A stretch of DNA of 24,000 nt from Natrialba aegyptia DSM 13077 (lineage in GTDB: Archaea; Halobacteriota; Halobacteria; Halobacteriales; Natrialbaceae), in the NCBI RefSeq assembly GCF_000337535.1, contig NZ_AOIP01000054.1, positions 41,070 to 65,069 of the forward strand, read 5' to 3'. Every line of letters starts with the position of its first letter. Position 1 is the stretch's first letter. Positions 10,191-19,116 of the stretch are shown here, one piece after another. The translations under genes and the position numbers were made by a program. The notes under the pieces are model-generated. The model was not told the origin of the DNA and made no database searches. It was given only the letters and a program-made list of their open reading frames with translations.

Positions 10191-11492
10191 ATGTACTACG
10201 CCTACAAGTACCGTCTCAAGCCGTCCGGCACCCACCGCGAGGAGTTGGACCGCCACCGAGACATTTGTAGGCAACTGTACAACCATACGCTCTACCGCCT
10301 CAACGAGTACCAAGAGAACCACGGCGAACTGCCGTCCATGACCACCCTGCGGTCGGAGCTTCCCGACCTCAAGAAATGGTGGGACGGCCTTTCGGACGTG
10401 TACTCGAAGGTTCTCCAAACCGTCGTGGAACGCCTGTTCGACAACCTCAAAGGACTCTCCAAACTCAAAGAGAACGGCTACGGCGTCGGTCATCTCAAGT
10501 GGAAGCCTCCACGGGAGTTCCGCAGTTTCACGTACAGTCAGTCTGGCTTCAAGCTCGACAAGAAGGGTGGTCAGACTGTCCTGTCCCTCTCGAAACTCGC
10601 GGACATTCCGATTCGACTCCACCGCGCCATCCCCGATGACGCGACACTCAAGCAGGTCACGGTCAAAAAGGAACCGACGGGCGAGTGGTTCGCCACGTTC
10701 GGCGTCGAAATGGACCGTGAACCGCCTGCACCGCCCGAAAATCCTGAAAAGTGCGTCGGCATCGACGTGGGGATTCTCAAGTACGCCCACGACACCGACG
10801 GCACGGCGGTCGGGTCGCTCGACCTCTCCGACGAACGGGAGCGACTGGAACGCGAGCAACGGAAGCTCTCGCGGAAGCAACATGGGTCTGCCAACTACGA
10901 GAAGCAACGGCGTCGAGTCGCGGAGTGTCACGCGAATCTCAAGCGAAAGCGCCGCGACTTCTTGCACAAACTCTCGAACTACTACGTACGGGAGTACGAC
11001 CTCGTGGCGGTCGAAGACCTGAACGTGAAGGGGATGATGGAATCGCCGCCGAACAGTCGCAACACGGCGTCGGCGGCGTGGCGAACGTTCCTCACGCTGC
11101 TCGAATACAAGTGCGACCGCGAAGGGACGCACTTCGTCGCGGTCAACCCGAGAGGGACGACAAAAGAGTGCGCGGCGTGCGGCGTCTCGACGGAGAAGCC
11201 GCTGTGGGTCCGTGAACATTCCTGTCCTGCCTGCGGTTTCGAGGCGGACAGGGACGCGAACGCGGCGTGGAACATTCTTTCTCGCGGCCTCGAAGACGTA
11301 GGAGTGGGATACTCCGAATCAACGTCCTCAGAATCGCAGGGCGATTCTGATGGGCTGCGAAAATCACTGCGTGATTTTCGAACGCCTGTGGAGACTGCAC
11401 TCCCTGTGGATACGCCTGTATCTGCAAAGCGCGTCCTGGAAGCAGGAAGCCCTATCCTCAAGGATCGAACGGCGTCAGCCGTGAGCGAGTAG
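10191..11492 (+). CDS. tnpB: TnpB (OrfB) RNA-guided nuclease, RuvC triad and zinc finger intact
   Basis: 433 aa. CVGIDVGI (Asp), LVAVEDLNVKGM (Glu), CAACG...CPACGFEADRDANAAWNI (CxxC-CxxC plus Asp). Confidence 0.92.
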   Translation: MYYAYKYRLKPSGTHREELDRHRDICRQLYNHTLYRLNEYQENHGELPSMTTLRSELPDLKKWWDGLSDVYSKVLQTVVERLFDNLKGLSKLKENGYGVGHLKWKPPREFRSFTYSQSGFKLDKKGGQTVLSLSKLADIPIRLHRAIPDDATLKQVTVKKEPTGEWFATFGVEMDREPPAPPENPEKCVGIDVGILKYAHDTDGTAVGSLDLSDERERLEREQRKLSRKQHGSANYEKQRRRVAECHANLKRKRRDFLHKLSNYYVREYDLVAVEDLNVKGMMESPPNSRNTASAAWRTFLTLLEYKCDREGTHFVAVNPRGTTKECAACGVSTEKPLWVREHSCPACGFEADRDANAAWNILSRGLEDVGVGYSESTSSESQGDSDGLRKSLRDFRTPVETALPVDTPVSAKRVLEAGSPILKDRTASAVSE

Positions 11493-11515
11493 GGTAGGGT
11501 AGTTCACAATGTGGA
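11328..11515 (+). ncRNA. Candidate omega-RNA (reRNA) scaffold overlapping the tnpB 3' end and the right end of the element
   Basis: Perfect 10-bp hairpins at 11328-11350 and 11358-11380. 5-bp hairpins at 11434-11447 and 11469-11482. The closing stem CCCUAUCC (11450-11457) / GGGUAGGG (11492-11499) spans the stop codon. Confidence 0.5.
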
Positions 11516-11559
11516 TTTGAATGAGTAGGGAATGAACGAGACACCGGCGATGTGTGTGG

Positions 11560-12093
11560 TCAGTGTTCGGGTTTTTCGGCTGGAGCAATCATATCTTCAA
11601 TTCTGAGGATGAGAATGTTGTTCGTATCGTCCTTACCGTCGACGCGTCCATCAATGACGAGCTTCGAGAGAGGGGTTGGGCCGACGGTGATTGGATCGTC
11701 CTCATCGACGTCACTGATGGTTCCCTGCAGGTGAATCTCCGCGCGACAGAGTTCGGGATGGTGGACGCTCGAGAGGTTAATTTCCTCGACAACGACGTCC
11801 TCGACCAGGTCCCCCTCGTGCTCGAGGGCGACAGTGACTGGGTCGTCCAACTGCTGGATATCGAGTGCTTGGTAGGCTGTAGCGGTCGGTTTGTAGCCGC
11901 CCTTTGGCCCGGGAACGCCCTCTACCAGTTGGAGCGCTTTGAGACTCTGCATCTGGTTGCGTATTGTTCCCGGGTTCCGGTCAACTTGCTCGGCGATGTC
12001 TTCGCCCTTGATGGCGCCCTCGGACTCCTTGTGGAGGTTCGTTAGTGCGCGGAGAATCTTTTTCTGGCTCGGAGTGAGCTCAATGGACGACAT
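11560..12093 (-). CDS. Winged-helix DNA-binding protein (HrcA-like wHTH N-domain plus acidic C-domain), putative transcriptional regulator
   Basis: Internal ATG of track ORF 11560..12153. Reads MSSIELTPSQKKILRALTNL...GEDIAEQVDRNPGTIRNQMQSLKALQLVEGVPGPKGGYKPT. It lies 60 nt downstream of tfb on the same strand. Confidence 0.7.
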   Translation of the reverse strand: MSSIELTPSQKKILRALTNLHKESEGAIKGEDIAEQVDRNPGTIRNQMQSLKALQLVEGVPGPKGGYKPTATAYQALDIQQLDDPVTVALEHEGDLVEDVVVEEINLSSVHHPELCRAEIHLQGTISDVDEDDPITVGPTPLSKLVIDGRVDGKDDTNNILILRIEDMIAPAEKPEH

Positions 12094-12153
12094 GGTAAAT
12101 TGTTCGTAATTGTATGCCTTAAGCCCGGCGGGTGAGCACCTTCGGAAGTACAA

Positions 12154-13110
12154 TTAATGTATGCCAAGCATCTCGATTTGCTCCTGATACCGGTTACGAA
12201 TTGTAACTTCGGTGACTTGGGCGACATCTGCTACTTCTTTCTGGGTCCGTTTCTCGTTGCAAAGCAAGGCGGCAGCGTAAATAGCGGCAGCAGCGAATCC
12301 CGATGGACCTCTCCCAGAGAGTAATGGATCAGCGGTCTCTTCGATGATTTCATTGGCCTTAGCTTCGACTTCCTGTGGGAGGTTCAGTTTTGAGCTAAAG
12401 CGAGGTACGTATTGCTTCGGATCGATAGGGAGCAGTTCAAGACCGAGCTCGTTCGAGATGTATCGGTAGGTACGGCTTACCTCTATTCGTTCGATACGCG
12501 AAACCTCTGTGATCTCTTCCAATGAGCGCGGAATACCTTCTTGCCGACAGCCAGCATACAGTGCAGCTGTGGCAACGCCCTCAATTGATCGTCCACGAAT
12601 GAGATCTTCCTGAAGCGCTCGCCGGTAAATCATACTTGTTACCTCACGAACCGATCGTGGGACACCCAGTGCCGAGGCCATCCGGTCGATCTCGCTGAGC
12701 GCGAACTGAAGATTCCGCTCACCGGCGTCTTTCGTCCGGATACGGCTCTGCCATTTCCGTAACCGGTTCATCTGCGAACGCTTCTTCGAGGAAATCGAGC
12801 GGCCGTATGCATCCTTATCCTTCCAGTCGATTTGGGTGGTGAGCCCCTTATCGTGCATTGTCTGAGTAGTTGGGGCACCGACGCGCGACTTCTCCTGTCG
12901 TTCTTTGTGATTAAATGCACGCCACTCTGGCCCCGAATCAACCATTGCTTCCTCAATCACTAGACCGCACTCCTCACAAATTCGCTCACCTTGGTCAGAG
13001 TGTCGGACTACGTTACTCGATCCACACTCTGAACATGTAGAGATAGTTGCATCGGACTCGGTTTGCCCCGTTTCCTGCTCGTCGTCCCTGAGCCGAACAG
13101 ACCATACCAT
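12154..13110 (-). CDS. tfb: Transcription initiation factor TFB (full length: zinc ribbon, B-reader/linker, two cyclin repeats)
   Basis: 318 aa. CSECGSSNVV...ICEECGLV, GPEWRAF, RNLQFALSEIDRMASALGVP, RGRSIEGVATAALYAGCRQEGIPRSLEEI, GRGPSGFAAAAIYAAALL, VTEVTIRNRYQE. Confidence 0.93.
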   Translation of the reverse strand: MVWSVRLRDDEQETGQTESDATISTCSECGSSNVVRHSDQGERICEECGLVIEEAMVDSGPEWRAFNHKERQEKSRVGAPTTQTMHDKGLTTQIDWKDKDAYGRSISSKKRSQMNRLRKWQSRIRTKDAGERNLQFALSEIDRMASALGVPRSVREVTSMIYRRALQEDLIRGRSIEGVATAALYAGCRQEGIPRSLEEITEVSRIERIEVSRTYRYISNELGLELLPIDPKQYVPRFSSKLNLPQEVEAKANEIIEETADPLLSGRGPSGFAAAAIYAAALLCNEKRTQKEVADVAQVTEVTIRNRYQEQIEMLGIH

Positions 13111-13136
13111 TGTTATTTATTAGTGGAGATGCAGGA

Positions 13137-13144
13137 GTATAAAG
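13137..13144 (-). promoter_or_regulatory. TATA-box candidate for tfb (probably a leaderless transcript)
   Basis: ctttatac on the minus strand, centred about 30 nt upstream of the tfb ATG at 13110. Confidence 0.4.
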
Positions 13145-13384
13145 TTTGAATCTCGAGATAACACACCATTCATTTCTATAATTCAAAACCTAAAATTAGA
13201 TTGTTCCTACTTGATAGCATACCCAAACGTGTCAGTAGGACCAGCAGTGTGGCCTTACGAAGAACTCCAGCAGGTGATCTGCGACCACGGAGTGATCTAG
13301 TATTCCTTTCCCGATTTTTAAACCACAGTACTATGCGGAAACAAACAGAATCTACAGGAAGATGGGCGTCGAAGGGACGAATCT

Positions 13385-15352
13385 ATGACCGAAGAGAGAC
13401 CGGCGTATCTATCCCTCAAAAACCGAACGGTTCGACGCCGGACTCCACAAGCGTTCGATCGCAACGGAACTGCAACGGAGCCAGCCGATGGCGATTGCTC
13501 CGATCACGAGTGGCCGGCGTGCTGGGACGCCGCTGCATCGTTGCTCGAGTGGAGCGAACCTTACGAGCGCATCGTCGACACGGAAAATGCGCCGTTCTAC
13601 CGATGGTTCGTTGGTGGGCGCTTGAACGCCGCAGAAAACTGCATCGATCGCCATCTCGAGGAGCGGAAGAATCAGGTCGCATTGCGGTGGGAAGGGAAAC
13701 GTGGCGAGCGTCGAACCTATACGTACTACGATCTCTATCGCGAGGTGTCAGCTGTCGCAGCCGCGCTCCGCGAACTCGGCGTCGAAGAGGACGATGTCGT
13801 CACGATCTACCTGCCGAAACTCCCCGAGTTACCGATCACGATGCTCGCCTGTGCTCGTATCGGCGCGCTCCATAACGTCGTTTTCTCGGGGTTCGCCCCC
13901 AACGCGCTCGCTGAACGGATGCAACGTGTCGACTCACGCGCGCTCGTCACATGCGACGGTAGCTTCCGTGAGGAGACCGTGATCGATCAGAAGCGGAAAG
14001 CCGATACGGCACTGGCATCGATCGAGGAATCGCTCCCGACAATCGTCGTCGATCGACTCGGTTCGAGTCACGATATGCACCTCGGTGGGAACCAATACGA
14101 CTATGACGATCTCGTCGAGGCGTTTGCCGGGGCGAACGTGTCCCCAGTTCCGCGGGAGGCAACCGACCCGCTCTTTCACATCCACACGTCAGGAACGACC
14201 GGCGAACCGCAACGGATGACTCACGCGACCGGGGGCTACCTCACAGGTGTCGCGTGGACGGCCCAGACCGTATTCGACCTCGCGCCGGGGACCACGATCT
14301 GGTGTACGGCCGATGCTGGATGGATTACCGGTCACTCCTACGTCGTCTACGGGCCACTGCTCTCGGGTGCGACGGTCGTCCTCGCAGAGGGAAGTCTCCG
14401 CTATCCGGACCGCCACCGTCCGTGGGAGGTGATCGAACGGAACGGTGTGGAGGTCTTCTATACGACGCCGGGAGTAATCCGGACGTTCATGAAGTGGGGT
14501 GAGTCGTTTCCCTCGTCCTACGACCTTTCGTCGTTGCGCCTACTCGGTAGCGTCGGTGAGCCGATCAGTCCGGACACCTGGGAGTGGTACTACACCCACG
14601 TCGGCGAGGAACGGTGCCCAATCGTCGACACGTGGTGGCAGACTGAAACTGGATGCGTCCTCATCTCGGTCCGTCCTGGGGTCGACGAGTTAAAGCCCGG
14701 TTCAGTCGGTCCTCCATTACCCGGAATCGAAATCCAGATCGTCGACGAAGACGGCCGCGAGCTCCCGCCGGGCGAACCCGGCTATCTGACGATTGACCGT
14801 CCCTGGCCGTCGATGCTTGTTCCGCTCGAGGGAGACCGGTACTGGGTTCTCGCAGAATATTGGCAGGCGTTTTCGAACCCACGGGCGGATTCCTGGCGGT
14901 ACTTCACCGGCGACCGTGCCGTCGTCGACGACAACGGATACGTGACGATCATCGGCCGCGACGATGACGTTATTACGATCGGCAACCGACGCATCGGAAC
15001 AGCCGAACTCGAGGCTGCAATAACGACCGTTGACGGCGTTACCGAAGCCGCTGCCGGCGCTGAGCGTACCATTGGTGAGACCGCTCTTTGCGTCTTCGCG
15101 ACGCTTGAGCAAGGACAGCAGGATCGGACCGCCATCCGGAATGCGGTTGCGGATGCGGTCGCCGAACACGTCGGCGAATTTGCACGACCAACGAGTGTCG
15201 TATTCACACCCGAACTACCCGAAACCTACTCCGGAAAGACGATGTACCGACTCCTCGAGTGCATCGTCAACGACCGACCGCCCACGGACAGTGACACTCT
15301 CAGAAATCCAGAAATCGTCGGTGAGCTTACGACGATTTGGAATCAGGAGTGA
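13385..15352 (+). CDS. acs: AMP-forming acetyl-CoA synthetase family protein (divergent paralog)
   Basis: 655 aa. FYRWFVGGRLNAAENCIDRHL, HTSGTTGEPQ, ATGGYL, DTWWQTETG, YFTGDRA, GRDDDVI, RIGTAELE, PETYSGK. Confidence 0.85.
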   Translation: MTEERPAYLSLKNRTVRRRTPQAFDRNGTATEPADGDCSDHEWPACWDAAASLLEWSEPYERIVDTENAPFYRWFVGGRLNAAENCIDRHLEERKNQVALRWEGKRGERRTYTYYDLYREVSAVAAALRELGVEEDDVVTIYLPKLPELPITMLACARIGALHNVVFSGFAPNALAERMQRVDSRALVTCDGSFREETVIDQKRKADTALASIEESLPTIVVDRLGSSHDMHLGGNQYDYDDLVEAFAGANVSPVPREATDPLFHIHTSGTTGEPQRMTHATGGYLTGVAWTAQTVFDLAPGTTIWCTADAGWITGHSYVVYGPLLSGATVVLAEGSLRYPDRHRPWEVIERNGVEVFYTTPGVIRTFMKWGESFPSSYDLSSLRLLGSVGEPISPDTWEWYYTHVGEERCPIVDTWWQTETGCVLISVRPGVDELKPGSVGPPLPGIEIQIVDEDGRELPPGEPGYLTIDRPWPSMLVPLEGDRYWVLAEYWQAFSNPRADSWRYFTGDRAVVDDNGYVTIIGRDDDVITIGNRRIGTAELEAAITTVDGVTEAAAGAERTIGETALCVFATLEQGQQDRTAIRNAVADAVAEHVGEFARPTSVVFTPELPETYSGKTMYRLLECIVNDRPPTDSDTLRNPEIVGELTTIWNQE

Positions 15353-15506
15353 GTAGGATGAGAGTGTTCCCGATTACGTTGTCTCGTCCACTGGTGATGG
15401 GGTATCTTTGCGGCCTCGAGTCTCTGCTGGCTGTTCGATTCTGTAGGTAACGATGAGAGGCGTTCGTGTCGCCTCCTTCGTCTATTCGTGGTCGATGCCT
15501 TGTGTC

Positions 15507-17336
15507 CTATTTAGTATGAGTCTCACCATCGTCTGTGCGTGGACGGACCTCTAGCGGGCGCATCATATCGTGATCTTCGTGTTCGATCATATGGCAATGC
15601 CACATATACGTGCCTGTCTGATCGTTGAATATCCCATCGTACTCTCCGAAGTGGACAATGACGTGGACGACTTCAGCGGGGTTCACAGTGACCACATCAT
15701 TCCACCCGCGTTCATACGGTGCAGGTTCCTCGAGCGCGCCCGGGTTGATCTCGTCTTCAGCCGGATCGTAATCCCCGAGCGACTGTCGCCCCAGCACTTG
15801 GAAATGCACGAGGTGGAGATGCATCGGATGGGACATTGCACTCAGGTTGGCGAAACTCCAGATCTCGGTATCACCGAGCGCGGGTTCTTCGGTCACCGGA
15901 TCGTCGAGTTCGAGACCATCCGGCTCCTGACCCGTTCCGAGCAAGTATAGCTGTCGGCCGTAGTCATCGGTTGCGCTACCGTTGAGCGTAAGATACCGCT
16001 CATTGTCGACTGACTCCACAGAGATTTCAGGAATCTGCGTCAGATTATCGGGGAGTTGATCGTTGTCTCGTGTGTCTCCCGTGCCACCCACGTCTACAAG
16101 CATGATCTCGGGAAGCGAGACGATGTCGTCATCGGTTGAACTCATCTCACCGCGGTACTGAGCGGGTGCGTCATTGTGGAGCAGCAGTGTCTCTCCAGCA
16201 TACTTGGTAAAGTCGACGACGACATCGGCACGCTGACTCGAGCCGAGTTCAAGGCGATCGTCAATCTTGATTGGACTAGAAAGGAGTCCCCCATCGTTCC
16301 CGATCTGGACGAACGGTGGTCCTTCGTTGCCGATCTCATTCGACGACTCATCGTACTGGAGAAGTTTGAGGCTATAAAAGCGGCTGTTTGCGCCATTGAG
16401 GAGCCGAAAGCGATACGATCTAGGTTCGACAGAGAGCCGAGGCCAAGCCTTCCCGTTGACGACCGACGTATCGCCGTAGAACTGCGGAACGATACCCGGG
16501 TCGGGATACGACTCGTCTCCGCCGCCTTGCTCGTCTGAGACGGCCGTTGGATAGAACAGCGACCCGTCCTCGTTAAAACTCCGATCTTGGAGTACGAGCG
16601 GAATCTCGTACTCGCCGTCGGGCAGGTCAAGGTTCCGTTCGCGTTCGTTCCGCAGGAGGTAGAATCCTGCGAGACCGGCATAGACGTTGAGTCGCGTGAT
16701 GCCGAGCGAGTGGTCGTGGTACCACAGCGTCGCCGGTGGCTGCTCATTTACGTAATAGTAGTCTTTCTTCTCGAACGCAGGTCCTGTCTCTTGGAAATCT
16801 CGAGTAAACCACGCCTGCGCGTGGCCATCACTTTCGGCTTCGACGTTCCCTCCATGAAGATGTGTGACAATCCGTACACCAGTTGTGTCATACGGAACGA
16901 TGTCGCTGTGAATCGTCGGGTCTTCGGGCAGGAGGTGTTCGTCTGGGAGTTTGTTCTTCCACCGAACAGAGATCGGCTCGCCTTGCTCAGCCTCGATTGT
17001 TGGGCCCGGGTATTGACCGTTGTACCCCCAGACAGTCGTCGCTGGAAGATCACGATGTATCTTCTGCTCGACTTCGCGTATCTCAACCTCGTAATGAGGT
17101 TGTCCGTTCTTCGTTCCAGACGAGTCCATGACGTCTGGTCGAGGAACCTTGTCGACCCATCTCTCGAGGTCGGGCGACGAATGGTCCACTATCGTCGTCG
17201 GTTTCGTTTCGGAAGTTTGTGGATCCGTACTGTCCGTATTACAGCCTGCGAGAGCCGAAATGCTCGCGGTACCAGTTGCCGCGAGTACCCTACGGCGCGA
17301 TAACTCCGGCCGGAATCCGCCAGCGTAATCATTCAT
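15507..17336 (-). CDS. Multicopper oxidase (laccase / bilirubin-oxidase-like), Tat-secreted lipoprotein
   Basis: 609 aa. Twin-arginine signal SRRRVLAATG followed by lipobox LAGC. Copper ligand motifs THLHGG, WYHDH, HPMHLHL, HCHMIEHEDHDMM. Confidence 0.9.
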   Translation of the reverse strand: MNDYAGGFRPELSRRRVLAATGTASISALAGCNTDSTDPQTSETKPTTIVDHSSPDLERWVDKVPRPDVMDSSGTKNGQPHYEVEIREVEQKIHRDLPATTVWGYNGQYPGPTIEAEQGEPISVRWKNKLPDEHLLPEDPTIHSDIVPYDTTGVRIVTHLHGGNVEAESDGHAQAWFTRDFQETGPAFEKKDYYYVNEQPPATLWYHDHSLGITRLNVYAGLAGFYLLRNERERNLDLPDGEYEIPLVLQDRSFNEDGSLFYPTAVSDEQGGGDESYPDPGIVPQFYGDTSVVNGKAWPRLSVEPRSYRFRLLNGANSRFYSLKLLQYDESSNEIGNEGPPFVQIGNDGGLLSSPIKIDDRLELGSSQRADVVVDFTKYAGETLLLHNDAPAQYRGEMSSTDDDIVSLPEIMLVDVGGTGDTRDNDQLPDNLTQIPEISVESVDNERYLTLNGSATDDYGRQLYLLGTGQEPDGLELDDPVTEEPALGDTEIWSFANLSAMSHPMHLHLVHFQVLGRQSLGDYDPAEDEINPGALEEPAPYERGWNDVVTVNPAEVVHVIVHFGEYDGIFNDQTGTYMWHCHMIEHEDHDMMRPLEVRPRTDDGETHTK

Positions 17337-17469
17337 AGTACATGTAACCGTATGAGCCCACCGTATATTCGGGATCAGCCAATTCCTATCGAGTCAGAAT
17401 CCGAGGAAGGTACATCACTGGAAGCGGCCTATCGCGTCTGACCATCGTTCCCGAAACATGGAATGAGAC

Positions 17470-17871
17470 ATGCGAATCGATCCGGAGCCGATGTGGCTGG
17501 AGGATACAGCTACACCAACATCATTATGGTTCATCCGGAACAAACTACCTAGGTACATCGCGGTAGATGTGTCCGCTAGAGATACCTTGATCACTATGAA
17601 CGAAGTTCCTCCCCGGTTACAGACGTTCGATATTGCGGAAACGAACGACGTAGTTCGAGAGTATCTGAAAACCGAGTGTCTGGAACATCCCACGAGAGGG
17701 CCCTACATAAAATCACGAGTACTGTATGAGGGTGTCGAAGACGAAATTGATGACCGGTTCTCCTTGGAACTATTCGGGTTATTCTGTGAAAGCCGAGCGT
17801 ACCTTGAGAAGTGGTCAAGAGGATACAACGGATCGTATCGGTATCGAATCTTAAGAGAGCACCTCTACTAA
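17470..17871 (+). CDS. Hypothetical protein
   Basis: 133-aa ATG ORF in an AT-richer segment. Its composition is more protein-like than the overlapping basic minus-strand ORFs. I recognise no family. Confidence 0.45.
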   Translation: MRIDPEPMWLEDTATPTSLWFIRNKLPRYIAVDVSARDTLITMNEVPPRLQTFDIAETNDVVREYLKTECLEHPTRGPYIKSRVLYEGVEDEIDDRFSLELFGLFCESRAYLEKWSRGYNGSYRYRILREHLY

Positions 17872-17937
17872 CGGTGCGTTGCATACGAGTTTCCGATAGG
17901 GACGACGGTAGGTACTTAATAGTTCGACTAGGGAGAA

Positions 17938-17946
17938 TCTTTATGC
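17938..17946 (+). promoter_or_regulatory. TATA-box candidate for the IclR gene (leaderless spacing)
   Basis: tctttatgc, centred about 28 nt upstream of the ATG at 17970. Confidence 0.35.
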
Positions 17947-17969
17947 TAACCCAACTGGTATGAAGAGCT

Positions 17970-18770
17970 ATGACCAAACAGACGGCGAAAACGACGAAAC
18001 GATCACTGGTCGTAATCGATACGATTCAGAAATTGGGCGGTGCAACACTCGAGGAATTGACTGGTGAATTGAAGATTTCGAGAAGTACGATTCACCTCCA
18101 CCTCCAGACTCTTCTCGAAGAAGGGTATCTCACGAAAGAGGGTGCGGTATATCACATCGGGTTGCGGTTCCTCAATCACGGCGAGTATGCCCGCTCACGC
18201 AAGAAGGCGTACACGTTGGCGAAACAGGCTGTAACAGAACTTTCCGATCGAACCGATGAAGAGGTCGAATTCGTCGTCGAGAACGATAATCGCGGCATTC
18301 TCGTCCACGAATCCTTTCATCCGGACAGTCACTTTCCATCCAAGGAACGACATATCTCTACCGCGCCTAGCTCTGCTGGGATCTACTATTATCTCCACAG
18401 CGTTGCAACCGGTAAAGCGATTCTCGCCGAATTACCCGACGAGCGCGTCGAAGCGGTCTTGAACGACTGGGGGCTCCCCAGACAGACGGCACACACAATC
18501 ACAGACCGGGACGATCTTTTGCAGGAATTCGAGCAGATTCGCGATCAAGGCGTTGCATTCGCGGACGAAGAGTACGTCGATGGTCTTAGAGAAGTTGGGC
18601 GGCGCGTGACAGGTCCCGATGGGAGTGTTCTCGGTGCGATTGCCATTATCGGCCCGAAGTATCGATTCACGGACGAACGGTACACTACCGAGCTGCCGGA
18701 GATACTGACGGAATATGTCAACGACCTCGAGACCGAAATCAGAGATTCGTACTTAGACGATTATCGCTAA
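17970..18770 (+). CDS. IclR-family transcriptional regulator
   Basis: 266 aa. N-terminal wHTH (SLVVIDTIQKLGGATLEELTGELKISRSTIHLHLQTLLEEGYL) plus a C-terminal effector domain (ATGKAILAELP...GLREVGRRV...GAIAIIGP). Confidence 0.85.
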   Translation: MTKQTAKTTKRSLVVIDTIQKLGGATLEELTGELKISRSTIHLHLQTLLEEGYLTKEGAVYHIGLRFLNHGEYARSRKKAYTLAKQAVTELSDRTDEEVEFVVENDNRGILVHESFHPDSHFPSKERHISTAPSSAGIYYYLHSVATGKAILAELPDERVEAVLNDWGLPRQTAHTITDRDDLLQEFEQIRDQGVAFADEEYVDGLREVGRRVTGPDGSVLGAIAIIGPKYRFTDERYTTELPEILTEYVNDLETEIRDSYLDDYR

Positions 18771-19116
18771 GTAATCAGATCGCTCACGAGTTTCGGCGAA
18801 TAGTCCGAATATACTAAGCAATTATATGGTTCCTATTTTTGGAACGAAGTTGTGGACATCCATTACACGCGTGTGCATATAATCCACTTGAAGATGATTT
18901 CGAAACTGCACGACACATCGTCAACATATTCGGAAAATAGGATTGCTGTATACTATCGAACATGAACATTGAGTTCTAGGAGAATCGCCGACCGTCGTCA
19001 ACAGTGCTGATGGCAGCTAGGTTGGGAGGGACCAACTAAAATAAGAATTTCATCACACATTGAATAAAAGAGCCGTAATGAACGGGTCCACAGTACGATA
19101 CCTAGCGAACAGGCGG

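Larger units (their letters stand above)
9600..11515 (+). mobile_element. IS200/IS605-family element (tnpA + tnpB), apparently intact, ends approximate
   Basis: Y1 transposase and TnpB are separated by 4 nt. They are flanked by analogous imperfect subterminal hairpins on the same strand (LE 9629-9678, RE 11450-11499). Confidence 0.8.

Noticed and set aside
10122-11461. Minus-strand ORFs 10122..11219 (365 aa) and 10982..11461, and plus-strand alternative frames inside tnpB
   Set aside because: They are antisense or alternative frames of the confidently identified tnpB. Their products are Arg-rich with no motifs.
11554-12153. Plus-strand ORF 11554..12045 (163 aa), and the 20-codon N-terminal extension of the wHTH ORF (to 12153)
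   Set aside because: The plus ORF is antisense to a protein with a clear wHTH motif. The extension MYFRRCSPAGLKAYNYEQFT is basic and would leave no spacer after the tfb stop, so the ATG at 12093 (MSSIELTPSQ) is preferred.
13201-13875. ORF 13201..13875 + (224 aa), overlapping the acs 5' region
   Set aside because: It is an alternative frame of the acs gene and its upstream region, with an extremely Arg/Ser-rich product.
15570-17303. Plus-strand ORFs 15570..15950, 16176..16538, 16587..17303, and the minus alternative frame 16142..16747
   Set aside because: They lie inside the multicopper oxidase gene, whose four copper motifs fix the true frame.
18829-18845. Hairpin GTTCC-tattttt-GGAAC about 60 nt after the IclR stop, considered as a terminator
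   Set aside because: The stem is only 5 bp and the T-run is in the loop rather than after it, which is too weak to call. Short ORFs in 18771-19116 (18-51 aa) showed no protein-like features.
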